From positions 1-29,822 of IMG/VR virus record IMGVR_UViG_3300005326_000104: DNA of 29,822 nt. One strand, 5' to 3'. This stretch comes from a virus (taxonomy: Duplodnaviria; Caudoviricetes). Of the stretch, positions 1 to 7,672 are shown in pieces (the first letter of the stretch is position 1; each line of letters opens with the position of its first letter). Made by a program: the position numbers and the translations under genes. The notes under the pieces are model-generated. The model saw nothing but the letters and a program-made list of their open reading frames with translations, had not been told where the DNA came from and ran no database searches.

Positions 1-97
1 TGAATGCGGAAGTAGGCGCTTCTTACGGCGGAATTGGGAGCAGCGTATCGTCAACTATACTATCTCCGATGTCGTACGGTTCGGAGCGGGAACCTGT

Positions 98-184
98 TTA
101 CTTCGGCGGCGGTGGCGGCGGGACGGGGGCCGGGCAGCCGGCTGCGCAGAGGAGGAGTGCGAGGAGGAGAATCAGAGAGCGCAT
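98..184 (-). CDS. 28-aa putative lipoprotein (signal peptide, AGC lipobox, poly-Pro tail)
   Basis: MRSLILLLALLLCAAGCPAPVPPPPPPK from ATG at 184, just downstream of the integrase stop. Confidence 0.5.
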   Translation of the reverse strand: MRSLILLLALLLCAAGCPAPVPPPPPPK

Positions 185-218
185 GATCGATAGGCGCGGG
201 CCGGTGCAAAAAGGATTG

Positions 219-1373
219 CTATTCGCGTTCCCTGATCCGCTCATGCTGGACGAGCGCCGAGAGCGCGGCGAGCTGCTGCCGGTCCTCTGCGAGCTGGGCA
301 CGGAGTTCGAGGATCTGCGCCGACTGCCCAAGGAAGAGCTCGTTCTGGGCCTTGAGCTGGTCCTGAACCCGGCCCTGGATATCGAGCAGTTCGGGCGGGA
401 CCATGACTGTCACGTACTGCTCGCCCTTCAGGTAGTTCTCGGCGAGCTGCTTTTTCGTGTACCTCCGGTATGCCCCGCTGAGATACCCGGCGTGTCCCAT
501 CAGCGCCTCGACGACCTCCTCGGGGCAGCCGAGCTTCATTTGGCTGTGAAAGAACTTGCGGAGCATGTGGAGGTGGAGCGTGGTGCGGCGGGTCGTCGGG
601 TCGGTCTCGCGGATCCCGCACTTGTCGAGCGCGAGCTTCCAGGCGTTCCCTATAGTATGTTGCGAGAACGGGAACATGCGATCGTCCCGCACCTTCTCGG
701 GCTGGCCCCGGGAGACGAGGGTCGCGTGCCGGCCGAACGACCGGGCGACGACCTGATCGCGGACGGTCAGCCAGGAGCGGAGAGCGGCGGCGGCCTCGCC
801 CGAGCAGTAGGTGATGCGCGGCTCGCCGGTCTTGGTGTACTGCCCTCGTATGGTGATTTCCACGGGCGAATTGTCCAGGTCGATATCTCGTATCTGGATC
901 GACAGGAGCTCGCCGATCCGCATCCCCGACGAGGCGAGGGTGAGGACGATCGCCCGGCCGCGGACGTCGAGCTGCTGGAGGATGGTTCCCAGCCGCTCGC
1001 GGTCCAGGTCGGCCTCGATCGTCTGCGTGCCGCCGCGCGGGAGTCGCTGGATGAGGGTCTTCCGCTGCCGGGCCGTGATCTCGTGCCCGTGGAACCCGAG
1101 CCAGTCGACGACGACCGAGAACCGCAGGGAGGCCGTGGTCGGCGGGATCCGCGCGAGAGCCACGACGAACCGCGCGAGGTCCTGGTTTGGGTTCGGGTCG
1201 ACGAGGTAGCGCCCGGCCGTCTCCTCGTACCGGAGGATCTCCTCGGGCGTCGCCGCCTGCCCCCCGCGCTGCCGGCCGAACTGCGTGTCGAGGTAGGCGA
1301 ACAGGTGCGCCCGGTAGACGGCGCGCGTTCTCGGCTTCGGAAACTGGTCGAGGTAGTCGGCGATCGGGGGCAT
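219..1373 (-). CDS. int: Tyrosine recombinase/integrase with C-terminal coiled coil
   Basis: Catalytic set R (SGMRIGEL), K (YTKT), HxxR (HMLRKFF), H (LMGH), Y (SGAYRR); N-terminal helical core-binding domain. Confidence 0.95.
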   Translation of the reverse strand: MPPIADYLDQFPKPRTRAVYRAHLFAYLDTQFGRQRGGQAATPEEILRYEETAGRYLVDPNPNQDLARFVVALARIPPTTASLRFSVVVDWLGFHGHEITARQRKTLIQRLPRGGTQTIEADLDRERLGTILQQLDVRGRAIVLTLASSGMRIGELLSIQIRDIDLDNSPVEITIRGQYTKTGEPRITYCSGEAAAALRSWLTVRDQVVARSFGRHATLVSRGQPEKVRDDRMFPFSQHTIGNAWKLALDKCGIRETDPTTRRTTLHLHMLRKFFHSQMKLGCPEEVVEALMGHAGYLSGAYRRYTKKQLAENYLKGEQYVTVMVPPELLDIQGRVQDQLKAQNELFLGQSAQILELRAQLAEDRQQLAALSALVQHERIRERE

Positions 1374-1393
1374 AAGAGAGTGTCGCTGCAGAG

Positions 1394-1410
1394 CGTTAAT
1401 ATGATTTGCG
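1394..1410 (-). promoter_or_regulatory. Putative BRE/TATA promoter for a leaderless integrase transcript
   Basis: Minus strand reads CGCAAATCATATTAACG about 25 nt upstream of the ATG at 1373; no RBS. Confidence 0.45.
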
Positions 1411-1419
1411 GACGGTCTA

Positions 1420-1461
1420 CGAACCTATAAAAGTTGATAAAACTTCGTATTCGAACCTATA
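1420..1461. repeat. 10-bp direct repeat CGAACCTATA x2, 32 bp apart
   Basis: Copies at 1420-1429 and 1452-1461 in the AT-rich gap upstream of int. Confidence 0.75.
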
Positions 1462-1554
1462 TATTTGGAAGAACCGACCGAGAAACAGGCCCCCGAGCGA
1501 TCGTAGCCGTTACAGACGGGGATGTGGGTCGTCTGGTCGGCGGGCGCTACAGGA

Positions 1555-1776
1555 TCAGTTGGGAATCCTTCGGGGGATGGATGGTTCGGAGTTCAACATC
1601 GGTACTGTTGCCGCCCTCGGCGAGGAGTAGAGACGGGCGTGGCGCCGCTCATATGCGTCGAGCCGTTCATCTACGATTTTTTCGAGTTCGTCGAGAACGG
1701 TGTCGACACGGGCGATGGCGATCCGAGCGACAGCGTCGCGGTGCGCGGGGTTCCCGATAAGAGTAAGTCTATCCAC
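1555..1776 (-). CDS. Hypothetical 73-aa helical protein
   Basis: Co-oriented with repressor and int; amphipathic helix LDELEKIVDERLDAYERR; AT-rich promoter-like tract upstream (about 1812-1832). Confidence 0.55.
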   Translation of the reverse strand: MDRLTLIGNPAHRDAVARIAIARVDTVLDELEKIVDERLDAYERRHARLYSSPRAATVPMLNSEPSIPRRIPN

Positions 1777-1855
1777 ACCTTGCCCTCAGGCAAGATCTTT
1801 GGGACCATAACTTTTATCTTTTTCGGAACCCGCGCGAATATGAGTAAATACGATT

Positions 1856-2149
1856 TTAACGATCTGACGGGGGCCTTTCCCCCCCGCGCAGGGATCGCTC
1901 CCAGAGGCGCTTGTCGACGATATCATGAATTGCCTGTTGGACCTCGGGAGCACGAAGTGATTCGAGGGTGTAGTCCTTCTGGTTCTGTTTGATTTCGCGC
2001 CCTTTCAGATAGTCTGTCATGACGGCCGCGACGAAATCGCTCACTGATCCCCACCCCTCGTCCTTTGCCACCTGATAGATCTCTTTCCCGACGGGGCCGG
2101 GTACCTTAAACGTTATCTGCTTTTTTTGCATCGTCGACTTTTCGGCCAT
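1856..2149 (-). CDS. Ribbon-helix-helix (CopG/Arc-like) regulator, probable repressor
   Basis: KKQITFKVP strand followed by helices with GWGSVSDFVAAVM; GGAG RBS before the ATG at 2149. Confidence 0.8.
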   Translation of the reverse strand: MAEKSTMQKKQITFKVPGPVGKEIYQVAKDEGWGSVSDFVAAVMTDYLKGREIKQNQKDYTLESLRAPEVQQAIHDIVDKRLWERSLRGGERPPSDR

Positions 2150-2303
2150 GTCATTCTCCAACGTCAACTGCTGCGTACATGTTGGCGGTTATATTAAAAA
2201 TAGTTGCACCGTTCTGATGTCACATTGGCGCAAATTCGACATATTTATATTCTCCAACATCTCATGTCATATTGTAGGCAATTCTACTGCCTGAAGGTGA
2301 ATC
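2148..2303. promoter_or_regulatory. Divergent promoter/operator region (genetic switch)
   Basis: AT-rich; TTTATA at 2244-2249 (+) and TTTTTAATATA at about 2190-2200 (-); ATGTCA at 2148, 2217 and 2264; ATTCTCCAAC at 2153 and 2249; AGGTGA RBS at 2295-2300. Confidence 0.75.
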
Positions 2304-2462
2304 GTGTATAGAACGACATTAAGACTGACCGACCTTGATAAGGAGATGCTGGATCAGGCCGTCTCGGATGGGCACTATTCGTCCCTTACCGAGGCGGTAC
2401 GCGATGCGATCCGGCATCTCCCGGGCGTCATTGCCGCGCGCCGCGCGAGGAAGTCGGCATGA
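2304..2462 (+). CDS. 52-aa ribbon-helix-helix protein (functional Cro analogue); absent from ORF track
   Basis: GTG start after AGGTGA; MYRTTLRLTDLDKEMLDQAVSDGHYSSLTEAVRDAIRHL... matches the archaeal RHH pattern GxYxSxxEAVRDAIR. Confidence 0.85.
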   Translation: MYRTTLRLTDLDKEMLDQAVSDGHYSSLTEAVRDAIRHLPGVIAARRARKSA

Positions 2463-2605
2463 CTCCGGGCCGATATCCCTCGCCCGTCGCCGTCAAGCAG
2501 CGATGGCTCGAGGAGTGGGGCATGTCGCCCGAGTGGATCCGCGAGGCGGAACGCACGGGGCGGATCGTGATCGTCGAACACCTGCCAACTGAGGCAATCA
2601 CATGA
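2459..2605 (+). CDS. 48-aa protein, possible HTH/excisionase-like
   Basis: ATGA overlaps at both ends; LEEWGMSPEWIREAERTGRIVIV resembles a MerR/Xis-type HTH. Confidence 0.55.
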   Translation: MTPGRYPSPVAVKQRWLEEWGMSPEWIREAERTGRIVIVEHLPTEAIT

Positions 2606-2772
2606 ACGAAAAAGAAAGGAAGGGCAGCCCCAAATCCGCGTCCGCCAAGATCGGGAATCGGGGAGTCTGCCACTACATAGTCGCCGGAGACGATATTGGT
2701 TTCTCCGGTCGGGAACTGCTCGGCCGAACGCTCGCGACGACCGCCGCGATGGAACAGGCGAGGTGCGCCTGA
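2602..2772 (+). CDS. 56-aa hypothetical protein
   Basis: ATGA and TGATG coupling; MNEKERKGSPK...EQARCA. Confidence 0.5.
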   Translation: MNEKERKGSPKSASAKIGNRGVCHYIVAGDDIGFSGRELLGRTLATTAAMEQARCA

Positions 2773-2894
2773 TGTGCAACGCTGAATACCTCGACCTCTG
2801 CGAGGCGTGCGATTGCCCGGACTGTGCGCTCTCTGGATGCCCGCGCCTCGACGCGATCGCCGATGAGATCATCGGTGCGGAGGCCGACGCATGA
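2772..2894 (+). CDS. 40-aa Cys-rich micro-protein
   Basis: MCNAEYLDLCEACDCPDCALSGCPRL...; GAGGTG RBS; coupled at both ends. Confidence 0.65.
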   Translation: MCNAEYLDLCEACDCPDCALSGCPRLDAIADEIIGAEADA

Positions 2895-3340
2895 GCCGTC
2901 TCTCGCCGGCACAGCAGGCCACGCGAAAGGCCGTGCGCGAGTCCCGGGCAGTACGCTCGACCCCGACGGCCGCCGGGCCCCGGTGGACGAAGGTCGGCAC
3001 GGCTGCGCAGTACGCGAAGGGCATCACGATCCGCATCACCGAGGGCGCGCACGCCGGCCTCTACGGGATTGTTCCGAGTGCGGCGCCGGCTCTCCTGATG
3101 GACGGGCAGCCGGCCGACCTCTACCGCATCGGCGCGGCGGAGCCGGAGATCGCCGGACAGGTCAGCTACTCGGAGAGCGGGCTGATGCTCCTGGTCGAGC
3201 TCACGGGCGAGTCCCGCTATGGGGCGTATCAGATCCCGGCGAAGCATCTCGTCTCGCACTACATCCGCGGGGACCTGGACGAGGTCGACATCGTCGCGCC
3301 GAACGACCAGCCGCGAATGGTTGCAGGGGTGCCGGCATGA
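2891..3340 (+). CDS. Hypothetical protein (149 aa)
   Basis: GGAGG RBS; ATGA overlaps. Confidence 0.8.
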   Translation: MSRLSPAQQATRKAVRESRAVRSTPTAAGPRWTKVGTAAQYAKGITIRITEGAHAGLYGIVPSAAPALLMDGQPADLYRIGAAEPEIAGQVSYSESGLMLLVELTGESRYGAYQIPAKHLVSHYIRGDLDEVDIVAPNDQPRMVAGVPA

Positions 3341-4056
3341 CCGCGACCCTGCATCCCGTCTTCGACGAGCCCGAGCCGCTCGCGCCTGACCCCGAGCGGC
3401 CGGCCCACTGTCCGATCACAGGGCTGGCCCAGTTACAGCGGGACCTGCTCAACAAGCCCTGCACCCCCATCTGGGCAATGACCGACAATTGCCCCGATGA
3501 AGAGGACATGTGCGAGGGCTGCGGCGACACGGCCTGTAAGGCCCGTCTCAAGGCCCCGGCCCCCGAGATCGTCGTGTTCCCGTCGCTGAAGGAGATCTGG
3601 GATCTCGACGCCCGTATCCGGTCGGCAACCGAGGAGATGCACGAGGCCGAGAGGGAGGCTGCCGCGCCGTACGCCGACGCGCTCGAACTCTTGCAGGCGA
3701 AGCGCGAGCGACTCTTCGAGGAGGCCCTCTTCGCCGACGTTCCGCCCGAGGTGCACCCGTTCGGCACGCTCCGGATCGAGGTCCCGTCGAGGCTGACGCC
3801 GCGCACGATCGACGACACCGCATTCGTCCGGCTCTTCCCCGAGCACCTCCAGCGGTGTGCCTCGGTCAAGATCAAGGTGACCGAAGCAGCGAAGGTCCTC
3901 TCGGAAGCGGACCTCGAGAGGGTGCTGCTCCCGCAGGAGCGCGTGTACGGTGCCCCGGTGCTGAAGCTCGTCGAGCCTCCCGCGCCGAAGGTCATGCCGG
4001 GCGCCGCTCCGAAGCGGAAGAAGTCCGAGATCCTGCGCGAGAGGTGCGAGTCGTGA
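3337..4056 (+). CDS. Hypothetical coiled-coil protein, possibly Gam/Gp157-like, with N-terminal Cys cluster
   Basis: True start at ATGA 3337; CEGCGDTAC; long helix then FGTLRIE strand; upstream of Bet. Confidence 0.6.
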   Translation: MTATLHPVFDEPEPLAPDPERPAHCPITGLAQLQRDLLNKPCTPIWAMTDNCPDEEDMCEGCGDTACKARLKAPAPEIVVFPSLKEIWDLDARIRSATEEMHEAEREAAAPYADALELLQAKRERLFEEALFADVPPEVHPFGTLRIEVPSRLTPRTIDDTAFVRLFPEHLQRCASVKIKVTEAAKVLSEADLERVLLPQERVYGAPVLKLVEPPAPKVMPGAAPKRKKSEILRERCES

Positions 4057-4208
4057 ACCTCACCGACTCGCGCCCCGTGATCCGGCGCCAGTGCATCGCC
4101 TGCGGCGAGATGTTTGAGCCGGTCGACGGTTGGCTGTGTCGTGCATGTGAGGCTGCGAACGCCCGACAGATGACGCTCGACCAGGCGCGGCTGGAGGTCG
4201 GAGCATGA
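4053..4208 (+). CDS. 51-aa zinc-finger protein
   Basis: GTGA overlap; CIACG...CRAC. Confidence 0.7.
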   Translation: MNLTDSRPVIRRQCIACGEMFEPVDGWLCRACEAANARQMTLDQARLEVGA

Positions 4209-4354
4209 GCGTCTTCCACTGCAACGCCTGCCGAACGGAGATCCCCTGCAAATTCGAGATACCGATCGATTGGCCGCAGAAGATCCTGTTCCGCCTCGAG
4301 TGCCCGCTCAGCATCGGCCTCGTCAACTGGGTCCGGCAGGAGGCCCCCCGATGA
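4205..4354 (+). CDS. 49-aa Cys4 micro-protein; absent from ORF track
   Basis: MSVFHCNACRTEIPCKFEI...ECPLSIGLVNWVRQEAPR; GGAGGT RBS; ATGA overlaps. Confidence 0.7.
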   Translation: MSVFHCNACRTEIPCKFEIPIDWPQKILFRLECPLSIGLVNWVRQEAPR

Positions 4355-4692
4355 CCCAGCCCGGATGGCTCCTCGATCAGACCGGCGACGGGCGGCTGAC
4401 TATCCTCGTCGACCGCCGAGCTGCCTACCTCTACCAGGACGATCTCATCGACCTCATGCGGCGCCGGCTCACCGGAGCGCACGTCCTCAGCGACGGGTAC
4501 GCCCCCGTCGGGTTCGCGACGCTCTCGGATGACGGCTCGCGCATCTGGCTCGACATCGGCCCGCAGCGGCTCTTTGTCTGGGTCGACAGCCTGCGAGATG
4601 TGGTCTACGGCGACCGGGCCTCGGCCCCGCTCGAGATCGTTCACGGCATGAATACCGCACCGGCCCGGTCAGCCGGCCCCCTCCACGCATGA
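4351..4692 (+). CDS. Hypothetical protein with internal duplication (113 aa)
   Basis: GDGRLTILVDRRAAYLYQDDLIDLM versus DDGSRIWLDIGPQRLFVWVDSLRDVV. Confidence 0.75.
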   Translation: MTQPGWLLDQTGDGRLTILVDRRAAYLYQDDLIDLMRRRLTGAHVLSDGYAPVGFATLSDDGSRIWLDIGPQRLFVWVDSLRDVVYGDRASAPLEIVHGMNTAPARSAGPLHA

Positions 4693-5726
4693 CATCCGCA
4701 CTCAGCACCACTGCCGGCAGCGCCCTCGCGGCATCGGCCCCCGAATGGGAACAGCAGATCGACCTCGTCAAGGCGATGTGCGCGAAGGACTGCACGAACA
4801 CCGAGTTCGGCCTCCTGATTCACCTCGCGAAGACATATCAGCTCGACCCGCTCGCGCGGCAGATTTGGGCGGTGAAGTACGGTAACAACCCGGCCGCGAT
4901 CTTCGCCGGCCGCGACGGGTTCCTCGCCATCGCGCACCGCTCGGGAGTCTTCGACGGGATGCAGTCGGGGTCCCGGAAGGACGGGAACGAACTGGTCGGG
5001 TGGGCGAAGGTCTATCGGAAGGACTACTCGCACCCGTTCGAGGTGGAGGTCTACTTCGACGAATACGGGAAGGATGCCCGAAACCCTCTCTGGAGAACAA
5101 AGCCGCGCACAATGCTGCAGAAAGTCGCCGAGGCGCAATGTCTGAGAAAGGCGTTCGCGGTCTCGGGGCTCTATTCGCAGGAAGAGATTGACGACCGCAC
5201 CATCGAAGCACAACGTGGCCTTGTCGATGGCATAAAGATTGCTTCTCGAGCTGAGGCCAGTGCCCAGGGGCAGATGCGAGAGGTCGCGGACACCTCGCGC
5301 GCGGTGCCGGCACAGGTGACGCACGTTCACAGGCCCGAGCCGACCCCCTCTCAGGTAATTCCGGATAGTTCGATCCCGGTCGTCCGGTGCGACGTCTGCG
5401 GTAGGGGAAACGACCAGTACCCCGACATCCGGATCCGGTTGATAGATGGTCGAAGCATCTGCGGTAGCTGCCAGCGGAAGGCCGAGAAGGCGCAGACGGA
5501 GAAGGTATCGCACGTCCCCTCTCCCGCCTCGCCCAAGGCCATCCCGACCGGCATCACGCCGCCGACCAACGGGATCCCCGCCCCGGCATCTCATTTCGTC
5601 TGCGGGCGATGCGGCCGGCAGATGCCCGCCGCCGAGAAGTCGCCCCGCGAGATGTTCGGGAAGTCCATCTGCGTGAGCTGTGCCGCGGGCGACGGCCGCC
5701 AGCCGACGCCAGAGGGGGAGGCATGA
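4689..5726 (+). CDS. bet: Phage single-strand annealing recombinase Bet (RecT/Redbeta family) with two C-terminal zinc fingers
   Basis: LDPLARQIWAVKY, GRDGFLAIAHRSGVFDGM, WRTKPRTMLQKVAEAQCLRKAF; CDVC..CGSC and CGRC..CVSC. Confidence 0.9.
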   Translation: MTSALSTTAGSALAASAPEWEQQIDLVKAMCAKDCTNTEFGLLIHLAKTYQLDPLARQIWAVKYGNNPAAIFAGRDGFLAIAHRSGVFDGMQSGSRKDGNELVGWAKVYRKDYSHPFEVEVYFDEYGKDARNPLWRTKPRTMLQKVAEAQCLRKAFAVSGLYSQEEIDDRTIEAQRGLVDGIKIASRAEASAQGQMREVADTSRAVPAQVTHVHRPEPTPSQVIPDSSIPVVRCDVCGRGNDQYPDIRIRLIDGRSICGSCQRKAEKAQTEKVSHVPSPASPKAIPTGITPPTNGIPAPASHFVCGRCGRQMPAAEKSPREMFGKSICVSCAAGDGRQPTPEGEA

Positions 5727-5887
5727 GTCCCCCCTCCTGCTCCTCCTGCTACCCGATGGCTGACGGCAACGGGGTGTGGTGCCAGGGGTGCAACGCCGTC
5801 ATCGATGCGTGTCCCCCGAACTGCATCAAGTTCACGCCGCGCCCGGTGAAGAATCAGCCCCTGGTCGTCGACGGGAGGTTCTGCTGA
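5723..5887 (+). CDS. 54-aa Cys-rich micro-protein
   Basis: MSPPSCSSC...CQGC...CPPNC; coupled. Confidence 0.65.
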   Translation: MSPPSCSSCYPMADGNGVWCQGCNAVIDACPPNCIKFTPRPVKNQPLVVDGRFC

Positions 5888-6189
5888 TGGCTCTCATCGA
5901 CCTGAAGTTCTCGCCCGCGATGGCCGAAGCTGTCCTCGACGGGCGGAAGTGCTGCACGTCGCGCCGCGATCTGAAGGGCATGCCCGGCGACACGTTCGAG
6001 ATAGACGGGAAACTGTTCCGAATCATCGACGTGTCCCGGGAGAGGGTGGCCGATGTCGCACTGAACTTCTCCAGGTTGGAGGGGTTCCGGTCGGAAGACA
6101 CGTGCCTCGAAAAACTCATGGAGATCTATCCAGATCTTGGCAGGCGCGATTTCCTCTATACTCACTTCTTCGCGAGGTGCCCGGAATGA
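5887..6189 (+). CDS. ASCH domain protein
   Basis: LKFSPAMAEAVLDGRKCCTSRR (GxKxxTxR), EGF and EIYP motifs; TGATG start. Confidence 0.85.
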   Translation: MALIDLKFSPAMAEAVLDGRKCCTSRRDLKGMPGDTFEIDGKLFRIIDVSRERVADVALNFSRLEGFRSEDTCLEKLMEIYPDLGRRDFLYTHFFARCPE

Positions 6190-6314
6190 GCCCCTGCCAG
6201 ACCTGCCGGCGACGAGTTGAGCGGCGCGACGGCCCGGACTTCTGCCCGGTTCGGTGCTGCACTCTGCCGGCGTGCGGTATCCCCGAGTGCGTCGACTGGG
6301 AGGCGAGGGCATGA
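6186..6314 (+). CDS. 42-aa Cys-rich micro-protein
   Basis: MSPCQTC...FCPVRCCTLPACGIPECVDW; GAGGTG RBS. Confidence 0.65.
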   Translation: MSPCQTCRRRVERRDGPDFCPVRCCTLPACGIPECVDWEARA

Positions 6315-6535
6315 CCCTCTGCCCGTTCATGAGCCGGCCGATCGTCCGCCCGCTCGAACCAGAATATCGCGGTTATGCCGTTGAACTCTATGAGGCCGAC
6401 TGTATGCGCGAGACCTGCGAAGCGTGGTCAAAGGCCGACTCCTGTTGCTGGCTGATCTTCGGGAACAACGTGATCGACATCCAGCGGAACGGGCATCCTG
6501 TTCTTCAGATGGTGCGCGGCGAGGTGCCCGAATGA
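6311..6535 (+). CDS. 74-aa Cys-rich protein
   Basis: LCPFM...CMRETCEAW...CCWLI; coupled. Confidence 0.7.
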   Translation: MTLCPFMSRPIVRPLEPEYRGYAVELYEADCMRETCEAWSKADSCCWLIFGNNVIDIQRNGHPVLQMVRGEVPE

Positions 6536-6969
6536 TCCCCCCCACCTTCGTCCACCAGACGACGGTTGCGGCGGGGGTCCGGGAGCGGCTCTACGCCTTC
6601 CAGGTCGGAGCCGCACCGACCGAGCACGTCCACGATGGAAAGCGCATCTGGAACCTCGCGATCGGGCTCGGTCGGAGACTCAGGTTCACCGACGTGATGC
6701 TCGACGAGACGGCCGAGAACCCGACGCCGGACGACCTCGCGCACATGCTCGACGACGCCCTGGTCGACTCGGTAAAGGCCGACACCGACCCGGTCACCTA
6801 CATGTACCGGCGCGGGCTGACACAGGAGGAGGCGCTCGCGGAGATCGCGGACGCTCGCCGGGCGGCGGCCGTGTTCGAGTTCCTGGGTATCAGCTCTGCC
6901 GAGGCGCTGCACGTCGCGGCGGCGGTCGACCCGAAGACCGTCACGCCTGCCTTCGAGGTGGTGTCATGA
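6532..6969 (+). CDS. Hypothetical protein (145 aa)
   Basis: GAGGTG RBS; ATGA overlaps. Confidence 0.75.
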   Translation: MIPPTFVHQTTVAAGVRERLYAFQVGAAPTEHVHDGKRIWNLAIGLGRRLRFTDVMLDETAENPTPDDLAHMLDDALVDSVKADTDPVTYMYRRGLTQEEALAEIADARRAAAVFEFLGISSAEALHVAAAVDPKTVTPAFEVVS

Positions 6970-7064
6970 GCTGGCTCGTCACGGGCTCGATCGTCGTCGC
7001 CGTGGCATCGGTCGTCGTGCTGGTGCTGATCGCGATCGACTCGTACCGACGGAGGACACGATGA
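6966..7064 (+). CDS. 32-aa single-pass membrane peptide; absent from ORF track
   Basis: MSWLVTGSIVVAVASVVVLVLIAIDSYRRRTR; GAGGTG RBS; coupled. Confidence 0.7.
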   Translation: MSWLVTGSIVVAVASVVVLVLIAIDSYRRRTR

Positions 7065-7672
7065 GAGCCCTCGACCTGTTCTGCGGGGCGGGGGGGGCAT
7101 CTATGGGGCTGCATAAGGCTGGCTTCGACGTCGTTGGTGTCGACATCGCCCCGCAGCCAGAGTATCCCTTCGAGTTCATTCGAGGTGACGCGACCCGGCC
7201 GCCGGTGCGGCTCGAGAAGTTCGACTTCATCTGGGCCTCTCCGGAGTGCCAGAACCACAGCATGGCCGCGGCGAGATGGAGAAACGCCGGCAAGGTATAT
7301 GGGGATCAGATCGCGGTGATAAGACCGCTCCTCGAAGCCTCCCGGGTCCCGTTCGTGATGGAGAATGTGAAAGAGGCTCCTTTACGGCGCGATCTGTGGC
7401 TCACCGGGGGGATGTTCGGCCGCAACCTTGAGCGCGAACGCATCTTCGAGATGCGCGGCTTCAGGGCGGAACAGCCGAAATACCGGAAGCCCCGAGAACC
7501 GCTCTGCACGGTTGCCGGCCACGGAGGCAACAGCCGGACGTATAAGCTCCGGGACTGGCAGAAAGCGATGGGGATCGAGTGGGCATCGAGAAAGCCACTT
7601 GTCCAGGCTGTGCCGCCCGATTACTCCGAGTACATCGCCCGCGAGTTCCTGCGGACAGGAGCGGCAGCATGA
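7061..7672 (+). CDS. Compact DNA cytosine-C5 methyltransferase
   Basis: Motif I DLFCGAGG, IV SPECQ, VI ENV, VIII RERIF, X QAVPP; 203 aa with a very short variable region. Confidence 0.9.
   Translation: MRALDLFCGAGGASMGLHKAGFDVVGVDIAPQPEYPFEFIRGDATRPPVRLEKFDFIWASPECQNHSMAAARWRNAGKVYGDQIAVIRPLLEASRVPFVMENVKEAPLRRDLWLTGGMFGRNLERERIFEMRGFRAEQPKYRKPREPLCTVAGHGGNSRTYKLRDWQKAMGIEWASRKPLVQAVPPDYSEYIAREFLRTGAAA

Noticed and set aside
1-220. tRNA or att core near the integrase
   Set aside because: No cloverleaf or T-loop/CCA arrangement could be built; GGTTCGG at 78-84 lacks supporting stems; the att site may lie outside the window
69-1430. 453-aa plus-strand ORF
   Set aside because: Antisense shadow of the integrase, expected from GC-rich codon bias; no motifs
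2824-3336. N-terminal extensions in the ORF track (410-aa ORF; also 14426, 20353, 24723 and 26775 starts)
   Set aside because: Extensions overlap genuine upstream genes in other frames; RBS and ATGA overlaps define the later starts
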